Assembly (NCBI RefSeq): GCF_026571515.1
Contig: NW_026855673.1
Coordinates: forward strand, 1 to 64,000
Direction: 5' to 3'
Length of the DNA: 64,000 nucleotides
Source of the DNA: Ruditapes philippinarum
Taxonomy: Eukaryota
Shown here: piece by piece, positions 13,201 through 25,184 of the stretch
Numbering within the stretch: the stretch's first letter is position 1
Layout of the letters: each line of letters begins with the position of its first letter
Notes under the pieces: model-generated
Databases searched by the model: none
What the model was told of the DNA's origin: nothing
What the model saw: the letters and a program-made list of their open reading frames with translations, nothing else
Made by a program: the position numbers and the translations under genes

Positions 13201-15700
13201 AAATTTGCAATAACTTTACGTACATATACTTATGTGAACGTTCCAGACCTATTTAACCTCTTATAACTTTTAATTGAGATGAAGTCAGAAATAGAGTATT
13301 CTTTAAAATACACATGTATAACCATACTGTCGCAAAATATATTACCAAATCAAAGCCACACGCTTCGTGTAGTTTAACGACCAGTCTTTTCTCCTCGTGA
13401 CGGTCTTCTATTTTTAGAGCATCTGCTAAGATTTCGGTTGTGAGTTTTTCAAACGTTGCATTTGCTTCTTTAAACTCTTCACTGTCGGCGGTGATCTCAG
13501 CCAATGCATAGCACCTATAATATATCAGTAAAAAAGATATAAAGTGAGATATTTTCTAAAAGGCAGAATGCTTCAATGTCAAAACTAATAAAAAGAAATT
13601 AAACGTAGAAGATAAATCTGAGAATCATAGTTTTAAAAGGCGTTTAAAGTATTGTAATATATGGTACAAGAATGTGCATGTTTGAGGATATTAGCAGAAA
13701 ATATGGAAATTATCTTAATAATTGAACATGAAAACATCGCCACAGAAATTAATTTAACATATAACATATATTATCAGTGAAAATCGGCGGCATTCTACAG
13801 TCAATACATGGCCAGACGAGGAAAATATATATACTTTACGTTATCATTTTGCCATAGACCTTATTTGTTTTAAGAATCTTTTATCTTTAGACTGAACCTG
13901 AAAATATTTTGTAAAGTCACTGATTCTGTGTGATATTTTACTGATATATTGCAGGAATTACCTTCAGATGAAAGTTACAAACTCCCCATATCAAAAAGCA
14001 TACCCCTGTGACTTTAAGCACTCCCTTAACCCTTCTCTATACACTTAAAAATGAAATCAGAAATAACTGAAAAATGTACAACAAACCTGTGTAATATAGT
14101 CATCAGACACTCTAACAACAGTTCTTGTTTTCCCTCTAGCGCGTGCATGTCTAGCTGTAGTAACATGTGACCTACCACGTCCATCGCCATACGCAGTGAC
14201 CAGTCCGTAACATTTACAAGCTGACCTGTGTAGCATGATTGTTTTATATAATTATGTAAAATATGTTTGCACCAAAATTACAAAATGCATACAAAATATA
14301 TATTTGCATGAAGGTGATATGAATTGTTATTTATAGAAACGAAATTAAGTTATTAATAGATACTAAATTTTTACTAAATTCAAGATATACAGGTTTTACG
14401 TCCGCCGTAACAATGGCAAATAATTTTTGCTAAATCAACTTCAATTAACAAAATAATAATTACCTGAGTTTGCTTCGTCCTCTATTTTATCACAAAATGT
14501 CTCTACATCTTTAATAATAAGGTTTCCTTTTTCCTCGAGAACAGATTTTCTAAAGATGGTCGCAATCGCTCTCCGTACTTCTGGACTCCGATTTGTGGAA
14601 CCAAGTATTGTGTCTTTTAATGGAGAGTTTTCTAAATAGTCATGTGCACCCTTTTCTAATTTGTTTATAACGGTCTGTGTTAATTTATGGTCGAATATAT
14701 ATACTTTATTATCAAACCGGAATAATCCGAATTTCTCGTAAAAATCCGTGAGAAACTCTAGTTTTAGTAAGTTATCGTCGTTGAACACTATATCTAGTAA
14801 TTTGTTAACAACAATGCCAGCCTCTGGAATGTGTCCCTTTTTATGCGGCAACTACAAATGGATATACATTGAAATCAAAGCACTGTATGTACTGATTTTA
14901 TTGTGGTCACAAGAAAGCGATATGTTTTTGGCATCTTGACATTACAGTTGTTTTATCTGAGCCATTAAACCTGTTTATTCATTATCAACAATTTTTCTAT
15001 TTAACAAAAAGCATCATAACAAATACTGTCACAGTGCAAGATGCATATAAACCTGAATAAAAATAATTTGTTAAATTTGTTCGATAATTTGTACGACATT
15101 ATTGTGTACAGAAGTATAAGATTTATTCTTTTTACAATAGATCTAAGTATTAATGTCTAAGCCACAACTTGTCGATCGATGTACACTGTTTGAACTAGAT
15201 TTAACCAACCACATCGTCGGATACCCACGGCCGAACCATTAACATTTATTTGATTACTTGACCAACCTCTATGAGTCGTTCTCAAGCCAAAACTTAATCT
15301 GTTGGTAATATCCGCACTACGGTGGCACAATGGTGACATGTGTGTGTTTTTATTTATCTCGTGCGCACGAGATACTACGTCGTGGCCACGAGTTACTAAG
15401 TCGTGGCCACGAGTTACTAAGTCATGGCCACGAGATAGCTAAGTCGTGGCCACGAGATACTGTGTCGTGGCCACGAGATAGCTAAGTCGTGGCCACGAGA
15501 TACAATGTCGTGACCACGAGTTACTAAGTCGTGGCCACGAGAAAGCTAAGTCGTGGCCACGAGATACTATGTCGTGGCCACGAGTTACTAATCAAATCAA
15601 ATTGATAATGTTTTTTATAGTGAAATAAAAGTCTTACCAGATACCGTAGACAGCTGAGAAGAGCAAGTATACACCTCGCTAGAAGCTTGAGTAAAGGCAT
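10296..15700 (-). CDS. Cytochrome P450, atypical and short (453 aa)
   Basis: Seven phase-consistent coding exons: 15638-15700, 14464-14851, 14087-14225, 13346-13514, 12012-12113, 11270-11449, 10296-10616 (1362 nt). I-helix AGSETT, K-helix EVLR, PFRF, heme motif FGAGSRVCIG. Probable non-coding 5' exon ends at 15952 (donor gag|gtatgt). Confidence 0.92.
12520..12800 (+). repeat. Interspersed repeat family with a gagtggc..gccacgagtgaaata hairpin motif
   Basis: Shares motif order with 36441-36880. A related motif lies at about 33350-33715. Confidence 0.5.
15355..15591. repeat. 20-bp tandem repeat containing the palindrome tcgtggccacga (about 11 copies) in the first coding intron of the CYP
   Basis: Units gtcgtggccacgag(tt/at)actaa are directly visible. 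Confidence 0.9.
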
Positions 15701-15951
15701 CTCTAGATAAAAAATAAATATTTAGATTTAATATCATTATAAGTAATAAATCATATGTTTATCAATACGAAAGTGATTCGTACGAAGTTTATATTATTAC
15801 GTTGCGCATAGCATAGATGCATTGAAGACAAACATGTGTATTCATTACACTATACATGTACATGTATATATATTTATGGTTTATTCTCCACGTAATGAAA
15901 TATGATAAAAACGACTTAATTGTAAGAAAAGAAATTTTTTTAGTTACATAC

Positions 15952-16270
15952 CTCTCCCGGAAATCCTGATTTTGCTATAAGATATAATGCATTGGATCTT
16001 GAATATTAAATGTACACGTGTGGCTATTTTTACCGTATATCTATTTTTCAGTATGTTTGTTTCCCATGGTCAAGGTATTAAGATAATTATCTGCATAGGT
16101 CAAAGGGGGTTTACACGGTATAGTATTTCTTCGTGTTAATGGGATGTCATGTCCACGTGTCTTTCGGTGTAGTAATTTTATCAGTGTTGTTGCATTACAA
16201 TCTCCAACGTTATCTAGGATTGCAAACAGTTTAGGAATACCCGCAGTATTCGTCGCTCAAACGTCTCAAA
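15952..16270. promoter_or_regulatory. Putative bidirectional promoter shared by the CYP (-) and the SAM transferase (+)
   Basis: About 320 bp separate the CYP 5'UTR donor (15950-51) and the transferase ATG (16271). CACGTG E-boxes at 16015 and 16154; DR1-like AGGTCAaAGGGGG at 16097. Confidence 0.5.
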
Positions 16271-17476
16271 ATGACTGAAAGTACTGGCGTAAAAGCTGAA
16301 TCTACGAACGCGATCGTAACTTACGATGGGATTTTCAAAGGCATGTACGATGAGAAACTGCAAGAAATGTTCCAGGAAGGTCGCCGGAAGTTTGCTGGCG
16401 GAGATTGGCCTGGTGGAATGAAAATATTTGAAAATATGTTGGAGATTGCAAGTGATAAATCAAAGGATAGAAAAACTCTTGAGGAAATAATGAACGAGTT
16501 GAAACGATACGAGGCGTGCAGAATCGAACCTGGAACCCAGCCAGCCAAAAGCATAGACTGGTCAGCAGTTGCAGACAGACCGTTAGAGCGACTTCATGAA
16601 TCTTTCTTCGGATTACCACAAGGTGTGTTCTTCTTGGATGTCGGGCGTCATGGGAAACCTGGATCAGTACGTCTTGTCGGGAAAAAACTTCTCTCGGACT
16701 ATTTTCTAGCTTTCAAAATTCCTGAACTTTTCTGTAGTTTGGTGAAAGCTGATATGATATTAGGCTTATATGTTGACCAACGTATGAGTGACTCAAATGT
16801 AACAATTTTCTATAATCCAATAGAAAAATCTGAAAAACTTCATGTTATGCAGAAAATAATGTCAAATGGAGGAGCAGACGCCGAATTGATATTTCCGTTT
16901 CCGCTTATGCGCAGTACGACGCGATGTGAATGGGGTTCCCCACCGGAAGGATGGGAAGTTGACGACTCTTATGATATCATGCTAGGATGCGGTGAGGAAC
17001 GGATACGAGCTTATTCAATTCAGTTTCTACGATCTGTTGGACTTGATAAACCAATACTATACGACCCTGCTTGTTCGACAGGGGTATTTTTATCCACGCT
17101 TCAGCAAGCAATTCCCGGAAGTTACACAATCGGCCAAGATCTAAGTCAGCAGATGGCAAATTTCGCAAAAGACCGAGTGGACGAAGCCCATTGTGCAAAC
17201 GCTCTGGATCCAAAGATAAAACTCGGTACCGCCGATGCAGTATACATAAGATTTCTAAATTCGGAGGTGATAAAGACGTGTGAGGCAGAAGAACTTTTGT
17301 CGGCGTTGTTGCCTACAGTTAAAAAAGGCGGATACATAATAACATTTGGTCATACCCCTGTTTTACTATCATCGTCAAATTTTAGACAGCTGTCGGGATT
17401 TCAATTCAAGCAGTCCGTCGGAGTGGCTGTTGACAAGTGTGGTATTTTTCAATACTACGTGATCCAAAAGTCTTAA
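16271..17476 (+). CDS. Intronless class I SAM-dependent transferase, Nat/isonocardicin synthase-like (putative 3-amino-3-carboxypropyl transferase)
   Basis: Uninterrupted 401-aa ORF with caaaATG context and AATAAA near 17623. SAM motif I LYDPACSTG, motif II IGQDLS, then DAVYIRFLN, GGYIITFGHTPVL and IFQYYVIQK. The SAM fold is clear; the Nat similarity is recalled and was not searched. Confidence 0.8.
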   Translation: MTESTGVKAESTNAIVTYDGIFKGMYDEKLQEMFQEGRRKFAGGDWPGGMKIFENMLEIASDKSKDRKTLEEIMNELKRYEACRIEPGTQPAKSIDWSAVADRPLERLHESFFGLPQGVFFLDVGRHGKPGSVRLVGKKLLSDYFLAFKIPELFCSLVKADMILGLYVDQRMSDSNVTIFYNPIEKSEKLHVMQKIMSNGGADAELIFPFPLMRSTTRCEWGSPPEGWEVDDSYDIMLGCGEERIRAYSIQFLRSVGLDKPILYDPACSTGVFLSTLQQAIPGSYTIGQDLSQQMANFAKDRVDEAHCANALDPKIKLGTADAVYIRFLNSEVIKTCEAEELLSALLPTVKKGGYIITFGHTPVLLSSSNFRQLSGFQFKQSVGVAVDKCGIFQYYVIQKS

Positions 17477-17792
17477 AATAATAATGCAATTTATTATTTA
17501 TAGCTGTTCACTTTACAGACATTTCTGTCCAGCAAGAAATTCTGCAAATTGTGCTTTAGATGATGTTTGTCTATTAAATTTGAAGTTGATTGATGAAAGA
17601 AATTTATATGTTGCCTGTACTCAATAAAATAAGTTGAAATATTCACTGTTCTATTGATTTTTGCCATTTTTGTACCGTTTGTCTTCCGTTATTGAATATT
17701 CACATAATCCTGGTACGTATAACTATATTATGTGTCGTACACACATTTTCTTATGCATGAAGACTGTTTGACCATGGGTTAATGGAGAGAAC

Positions 17793-17935
17793 AATGTCAA
17801 ATGGAGAGGCAGACGTCGAATTGATATTTCCGTTTCCGCTTCCGTGCAGTACGACACGATGTGAATGGGGTTCCCCACCGGAAAGATGGGAAGATGGCGA
17901 GTCTTATGATATCATGCTCGGATGTGGCGAGGAAC
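17793..17935 (+). pseudogene. Partial diverged duplicate of the SAM transferase (copy of about 16858-17000)
   Basis: MSNGEADVELIFPFPLPCSTTRCEWGSPPERWEDGESYDIMLGCGEE aligns without gaps to MSNGGADAELIFPFPLMRSTTRCEWGSPPEGWEVDDSYDIMLGCGEE. Confidence 0.85.
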
Positions 17936-18479
17936 CACTTAATATTATTCTGTCAATTTTAGATGATCTGTGCACGGAGAGCTACATATCATAAAGTCCA
18001 ACCATGAATGAAAATATTTCCATTTTTAAAAGCTTTTTTATATTTAGGTACCCTGCTATAGCTTCCGAAATTTGAATCATTTGCCAATTACCTGAACCAC
18101 CTTTTGATATTGTTGCTTTTTGACAATGTGTACAAATATAATGATTATAAGAGTTTGATATGGAAGTCAATGTACTATTTTTGTTCCATTTTTCTTCTTT
18201 TATGACAAATGATTTCACATTCAGCGTTTCTTTCATCAGGTGATTAGCATCTAAAATGCTCTTAAACCGTAATTCAAACTTTATAAAAGTTGTGTCCCCT
18301 TTATAAAAGAAGGGAAACTATCTCTAATTCTGAGGCATAATGAGGCAAATGCTGTAAAACCTAATAAGAGAAATAGATTTGTCCTTTAAATAATTTCCGG
18401 CGTAAGAGATGCAGATCTGTCCGACTTTGCGAGCTGTTGTGACTAAAATTTCAAACTTTGACCACAAACACGTTTTTTT

Positions 18480-18823
18480 ATTATTAGAATGTAATTTAAA
18501 CAGTAATATACTATAATGCCGTATCATTAGAATGTGATTTAAACAGTAATATACTATAATTCGTATTATTTGAATGTAATTTAAACAGTAATATACTATA
18601 ATGTCGTGTTAATAGAATGTAATTTAAACAGTAATATACTATAATGTCGTATTATTAGAATGTAATTTAAACAGTAATATACTATAATGTCGTATCATTA
18701 GAATGTGATTTAAACAGTAATATACAATAATATCGAATTATTTGAATGTAATTTAAACAGTAATATACTATAATGTCGTATTATCAGAATGTAATTTAAA
18801 CAGTAATATACTATATAATGTCG
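18480..18823. repeat. About 42-bp minisatellite (attagaatgtaatttaaacagtaatatactataatgtcgtatt), about 8 copies
   Basis: Directly visible tandem units. Confidence 0.9.
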
Positions 18824-18989
18824 TTGACACAAGGGCTTGCTTTTGCTCAGGTCGTTGGTGGTAATTTGAATTTGTTTAAGAAAAAAGATAAAATTGGAGA
18901 AAAAATCTTTGAATTGCAAGTCAGCTTAAGTTTATCTCTCTTAGAATTCTAGAGAATTATTGATTCGTATTTGCCCGTTGTGTAATGTT

Positions 18990-19161
18990 TGGTGACTGAT
19001 TGTGCCAGGCGAAACACGAAAATACGACAAACCTCCGCGGAGCGAAAATACAACGAAGCTTCGGGGAGCGAAAGTACGACATGTTGACTTTGTCGTATTT
19101 TTTACGTTTTCGTCCAGCGCCCCGCGGAGAGAAAATACGACATAGCACAAATCAGTCACCA
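18990..19161. mobile_element. MITE with terminal inverted repeats tggtgactgat(t)tgtgc
   Basis: tggtgactgattgtgc at the left, gcacaaatcagtcacca at the right, and internal aaaatacgac repeats. Confidence 0.7.
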
Positions 19162-19394
19162 TAGTAATGCATGCAACGTTATACTAGTGTCTGCTCAGTG
19201 TCAAAGCCCTTTTAAATCATATTGGATCTTAAATTCATAATAGTTAACACCTTTCGAAAATAAGGATATCTTAACCCCCTTTGTATGCAACGAAATTGTT
19301 CTACTTCGGTTTGAGACTTCTGTTGTTATAGTCGTCACAAGATCTTGATTGCAAATGTTGTTCAGTAGGAAAATGATGTATATTGTCTAGAACA

Positions 19395-19620
19395 TTTCAA
19401 CTTCATAAATTTCCGATTTCATCTTCGTGAATTGACGATTTTCACTTTTCAGCACACGGAATTCGCGAATTCAACTTCATAAATTCACGATTTCAACTTC
19501 ATAAATATTCACGATTTCGACTTCACAAATTTAAGTTCGTGAAGTTTAAAACGTGAATTCATGAAGTTGAATTCATGAAGTTGATATTGCGAATTCGAGA
19601 AGATGAGCCCGAAATTTCAA
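19395..19620. repeat. Inverted array of ttcaacttcataaattcacga / tgaattcatgaagttgaa units (MITE-like)
   Basis: Left units are reverse complements of right units. Confidence 0.55.
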
Positions 19621-20292
19621 GCAGTTTAAATGTCACCACCGGTCTTTCATAATTGTCGGCTGCTCCGTTTCTTCATTTTTATACTAATATCCCTTAAACT
19701 TCTTTTCGACTGACCAAAATTCATAATATGAGAAGTCCATTGCACAAAATCAGTGGAGTCGGGTTGAAAGACCATGTCACTGACTTCAATATCCCGGCTC
19801 AGGCTTTTTTTTTACAAAACTTAATATGATTTGGAGACAATGTGAAAAACACGGTATTACCTTGATTAATATGGTACATGTACGACAAAATAGCAGACAC
19901 ATTAATTTTGTCATAGTGAACAACAACAGAATTGGCTTTTAACTTATTTTTAATATTGAGAAAACCGTGGGAAATCATCTAAAATGCTATACAAGTACAT
20001 ATATATGTGATTCCTGATGAAGGTTACTGTAACTAAGTTAAGAAAAAGTATATGAGAGCACGCTAGAAACGGCAATAATTGAATTATGATGTCCCTTCGG
20101 CCTGCTGTCTGCAATTGATTTAATCCATGTAACCACTGCAAACCGAGATCAGCTGGCACATCCGAGACCATTTATAATACAAATCTTTATAGCGCAGTAA
20201 GGGTGTAATGCTCCTAACATTACAAGTTTTAGACTAGTATGTAATGTCTGTAATTAAATAGTATGTATGTAATTGTCCATTTTATTTAGCTC

Positions 20293-23200
20293 TCAGCTTT
20301 TAATGAACAACGTGTGATAACCATTTGAAAACAAGAACTTGATAAGTATTAGCCCTAAAATTACGATAGCAAGTTTCTTAAAAAGTTCTATCCAGCCGTC
20401 GTAGAGTCCGTCTCGTTCATGGTCCCCTGCTTTTCTTGTTTGCATTGGGTACCAGGTCTTTTCCTCAACGCGACTGATGGCATTTCTTGCACCTTCCCAC
20501 TTTCCAGGACCTTCAAGTCTCCACTGCGGTGGTGTTGCGGGGTTGAATACCACCTTTGACCATAGATTGATATCTTTGAAAAATAGTTTCCAAAGATTTG
20601 GCCTACATCCGATGAACTTAGCGACCTCGTCTATATATTGAATGAAATATATTTGCGTCGTATATCTCGGTGAGTCAACGTATTTCTGTTTCACAAATTC
20701 CCGCCATTTCTCTACAGCGTCCAATCTTTTAGCGTTCGTTGGCAGTTGACTGCGACCAGCAAACACGTGTGCGGCCCATCTTGCTTGAGCTTCAAGTACT
20801 GGGGGCAGGGGACCAAACGGCTGGACTAGTCCAATAACTGCTAATGTAGATGGGTTTAGTTCTGTTGGCCAAACCAGCTTATAAAGATACGAAAAGTGAC
20901 CATCCCTTTTTATAATGGACTCATCAAGAAATGGAAAGCTATAAACATATCCTGTTCCTAAAACAACAACATCGATGTCCTTGATCTGTGTGCCATCAAC
21001 AAAAACAGCGCCATCTTCAGTAAAATGTTTGACGTCATTGTGTATACTTATAGCACCAAGAAGAATTCTATTTGGCAAGTCGTCACTTATGGTAACACCG
21101 GCAGACTCAAAATTGAAGTTTGGGGACAGGCCATAGTTTCGGTGCCTGTAGCGATGATTTAACTTGTAGAAATGGTACGGTCTCATGAGTTTCCATGATA
21201 ACGACTGCCGGAAGCGCGTGATAGCGATATGGTCGTATGGAACTCCGAAGTCTGCTGCACGTTGAATTGTGTACGTTCCACGACGTGTACTCATGTAGAC
21301 CTAGAGATACATAAACGTCTGTGTAAACAGAAATAGATGTGTTATAAAACATTTAATCGTGTATTTTTATATACTTTATTATGGCTGAAATAGGCAGCCA
21401 TTTTCTTAAACTACAAATGATCATTCTTTTATAAATTATGTAAATGACATAGCTACTCATTTGAAAAAACGATTTTGCAAAATGAGGAATTTTGGCACAC
21501 AATAAATCATATAGTTAATGCAATTGAAATATGGTATTGTTAATGTTGTATTAGTTGAGCAGTATTATATGAAAATATATCAAATAATCCTCACGTGTTT
21601 AGCATGACGACTTAGCTCACATCCGACATCCGCAGCCGAATTTCCTATCCCTACAATAAGTACATTTAGATTCTCAAAACCTCTGAAATCCTGAAAAGCA
21701 AATTGGATTTGTGCTTAAAAGTTAACAGCAAAAAGTCATATATTTTTGTATTTACGCTTCAGCATAAATATAAATGGTACATAAATGGTACCGATATTCT
21801 AAAATATAAAAATGCACATCATTTATTAGTTCTATGTCAGGAATAAATGATTTAGCAAAAAGGCTTCAGTTTACAGAAAAATTATTTTCTTTAAATATTA
21901 TGCTTCAGAAAATAAATAATACTGACAATAAACAAAGTAAGGCAGAATATAACTTAAGCAATACAAAGTATTTCAATTCTTATTACAATACTCGTATGTA
22001 TGATAAAAGATTTAAATGGTAAAAGACATACACTCGAATAATGCTCGCTACTGTAGCATCAACTCTTCATGTTTGCTTGTTTGTTTAAATGATTGGGTTT
22101 CTTGTAATTGCTATATTGCTTAGAGTGGGTAGTTTGGTAGACTGTTATTTGATGTTGTTGTGTTTTTGTTTATTTGTTTTTGTCCATGTGTTGTTGTAAT
22201 TGCTATACATGTACTGTTTCCAGTGGGGTAGTTTGGTAGACTGTTATTTGATGTTGTTGTGTTGTTGTTTATTTTTTGTTGTCCATTTGTTGCTGAAGTT
22301 GTTGTTCTTGTAGTAGAAGTTGTTGTTGTTGTTGTTGATGACGATGATTATGATGATAATGATGGTGTTGATAATGATGACGATGATGATGTTGATGATG
22401 AAGATGATGATGTTGATGATGACGATGAAGATGATGATGATAATGATGATGTTGGCGGTTGTTTCAGTTTACTTATTTGGACGAAAGAAGTACCTACCTT
22501 ATAGTCATGCGTATGTAGAACCTTGCCTTTAAACTTCTCCAGTCCTGGTAAACTTGGTTTGTTAGGTTCCGTCAGATGACCATTGGCAATCATTACAAAG
22601 TCAAACTTTTCTTTACTTGTTTTGTTACTTTTCAAATCTCTAGTGGTAACAATCCATTGGCCGGTCTCTTCAAAATTATCTGCTTTTTCTACTTTTATGA
22701 CTTCAGTCTGGAATAGTGTTTCAAATTACAAAGAATGCATTACAAAATGAAAGATGTAACATTAATAAATTAATAAAAGATAAATGAATAAATAGTCAGT
22801 TAAACAATCAAAAATGATAATTATCTAATTATCATTAATCATTAATTAATTAATTATTCCAAAATGAATGATATAAAAATAAATAAATCAATCAATTGAT
22901 CAATATCAATTGTCAAAACAGTCGATCTTAAGTTCCAAGCAAAGGATTTTAGTTTTGGTAAATCGTTTAAAGTTGTGCACATGTCACACTGATTAAAAAG
23001 GTCGATTTACAAATATCGTAGCTTAAAACTACCTGTAATTTGATATAGTTCATCAAGTCAAAGTTCTCGGCATAGAGTTCGAGGTATTTCTTGAAGTGTG
23101 TATGATGCATGAAGTTGGGAAAGTCTTTCGGTATTGGGAAGTCACTATAACACGTCATCTCTTTACTCGTGTTGATACTGCACGAGTTATAGAGGCTAGG

Positions 23201-24085
23201 TTCCTGGTCATTGGACGCATAGTCTCTGTAGTGCCACAATCCACCTAGAATATGAGTATGAACTTATGACTTGTTTGTACTACAAGAAAAACTGTTCCTC
23301 GTTTTGAAAACATATACAATTGTATATAAATTAGAGCGACCCACCATGGTCGGGAGTTCTACGTCAACTTGCTTGTAACCGTAATTAATGAACTCGTTGA
23401 GGCCTCTGTGTACATTTTAATGTCAGTTGCAAATTGTTACAATATTGTACTTTGAATAATTAAAGGTAAATTTCGCTATCTTAAAGTTGATAGAAATTAG
23501 TCAAAATACGATGAACTTCAAACGCTTATGAATGGGAAAGTGTATTACAGATTAAAGAAATAAAATATTGGTCATCATTTCCCTGCATAATGATTAACTT
23601 TATTCAACATAATATGGCTTTATACAATAAAACCCTTTGCTAAAAAGAAATAAAAATAAACTTAAAAACCGTTGAAAATAATGAGAGAGTACCTTACAGG
23701 AAACTGCATCTTCTAAAAAAGTAAAAATGTAGAAAAATAGCATGCTGGGAGCTAAAAATTTAATTGACTAATGCCGTTAGTAAAGAGCTACGCCAGTCTT
23801 CAAGTCCGTTGTTTTTTTGTTGTTGTTGTTTTTTTCGGGGGGGGGGGGTTGTTGTTTTTCACATATATTTCTTTTGTAAGCTATGCTAAGTCGAGCTTCA
23901 AAGTTTCAAACTGGTCCAGAAAAAAAACTTATACAGAAGGGTAAATTAAAGAGACTTATATTAAAGAACAAACCAATATCAAAGTCCTTCTCAAAGCAGA
24001 CAGGTTTGATCCCCTCTTCTAGGCACTGCTTGACACCCGCCAGGCCAGCTACCCCCGCCCCTATCACACAGCACGTCTTTGACAT
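20293..24085 (-). CDS. FMO: Flavin-containing monooxygenase (FMO5-like), 545 aa
   Basis: Five phase-consistent exons: 23974-24085, 23033-23244, 22498-22707, 21595-21690, 20293-21300 (1638 nt). FAD motif GAGVAG, GGLW, INTSKEM, FMO fingerprint [16 protein letters not shown] motif GIGNSA, LGTGY, and a C-terminal hydrophobic anchor. Confidence 0.95.
22318..22452. repeat. (GTT)n/(GAT)n microsatellite in an FMO intron
   Basis: Directly visible. Confidence 0.9.
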
Positions 24086-25184
24086 CAGGAATCTCAACTA
24101 AATAATAAAACTGAATAAACTTTTAATTTAATTTAATTTAGTAAGGTACCTTTTCTCAATAAATTTGTTTGAATGCACGGGGATGTCGTGCGATTGTGTG
24201 TAACATCAATGTTTTATCTTCTTAATTTTAGTTATGAAAGACACTATACAACATCGTTCCAATATATATATAAGTGAAAGACGTGTCATTATAACATGTA
24301 TTTATTCTTTTCCTATATTTTTCATTATTTTATTCCATTCAGTCAAATTGTTAAAGAACTATTTTTTCCTGCATGATAATCATTGGATTTGTGATTTGCA
24401 ATTCAATTATTAGATTACGAAAATACGTATATTTCTGCTTATTAAAGCATTAACTTAATATTTCATACATATCTATAAAACGCACATCATTGCATACAAA
24501 AAAAATCATAAAATTAAAAGAAATGTTTTAAACAGAATTCTGTACCTACCGAAGTAGTGAAATCTTCCCCGCGATCGAAATAAGTACGAAAGAGTAATTT
24601 CAGTTTATGGTTTTATTTAGAAATGTCATTCCATTCCTTTCTTCTCAAACCAGCTGTTAATTCCCAAAGTTTTATAACTCTGTTATGAAATGGCCTCTAA
24701 CTTTTGTGTAAAAATGCGTAAAATGACCAAACAAGTGTCTCGTTAAGTACGAAAGTTTCTTCTTAATCAGGAGTAACTACTACAATTATCTCCCCGTACA
24801 CCTTACTTCACAGTCAAATTTGTTGGGAAATAATGATGTTAAATGTTGGGAAAAGAAATCTGGTTTAACGAGAGGCTACTTAATTCAAACATAACTATTT
24901 AGTGCAAATTAATTCAAAACAATATATTAAGTGAACAAATTAAGGTATACACATATTTTAGCAAATGGCACATGAAATACACAATATACTAGTTAATTAT
25001 TTGAACCACCTTTGAGTCTTGACAGCTTTAAATAGAATTATTTAAATATAATTATTTACTAGAACTTATCAGTTCTGGCATCAAAGCCGTCATTCCGTTC
25101 CTTTTAATAAGGAAATTAATTCAGCGTATTTGCTCGTGCATTAACAGTGCACAAAGAAAGACATAGGATGATTTTTGTTTTGTT

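Noticed and set aside
13840-13897. Extra CYP exon (good acceptor and donor-like sites)
   Set aside because: Stop codons occur in the usable frames, and the flanking exons (14087 and 13514) already join in phase.
16271-17476. Bacterial contamination or misassembly as the origin of the intronless ORF
   Set aside because: No neighbouring bacterial ORFs or operon. It is AT-biased like the host exons, has a polyA signal and a local decayed duplicate, and lies 320 bp from a spliced gene. Read-level confirmation is still needed.
17982-18300. Minus-strand ORF between the transferase and the FMO as another cluster gene
   Set aside because: No recognisable motifs or splice structure; possibly a decayed retroelement fragment.
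22259-22532. Asp-rich and Met-rich ORFs resembling acidic shell proteins
   Set aside because: These are translations of an intronic (GAT)n microsatellite antisense to the FMO, with no credible gene structure.
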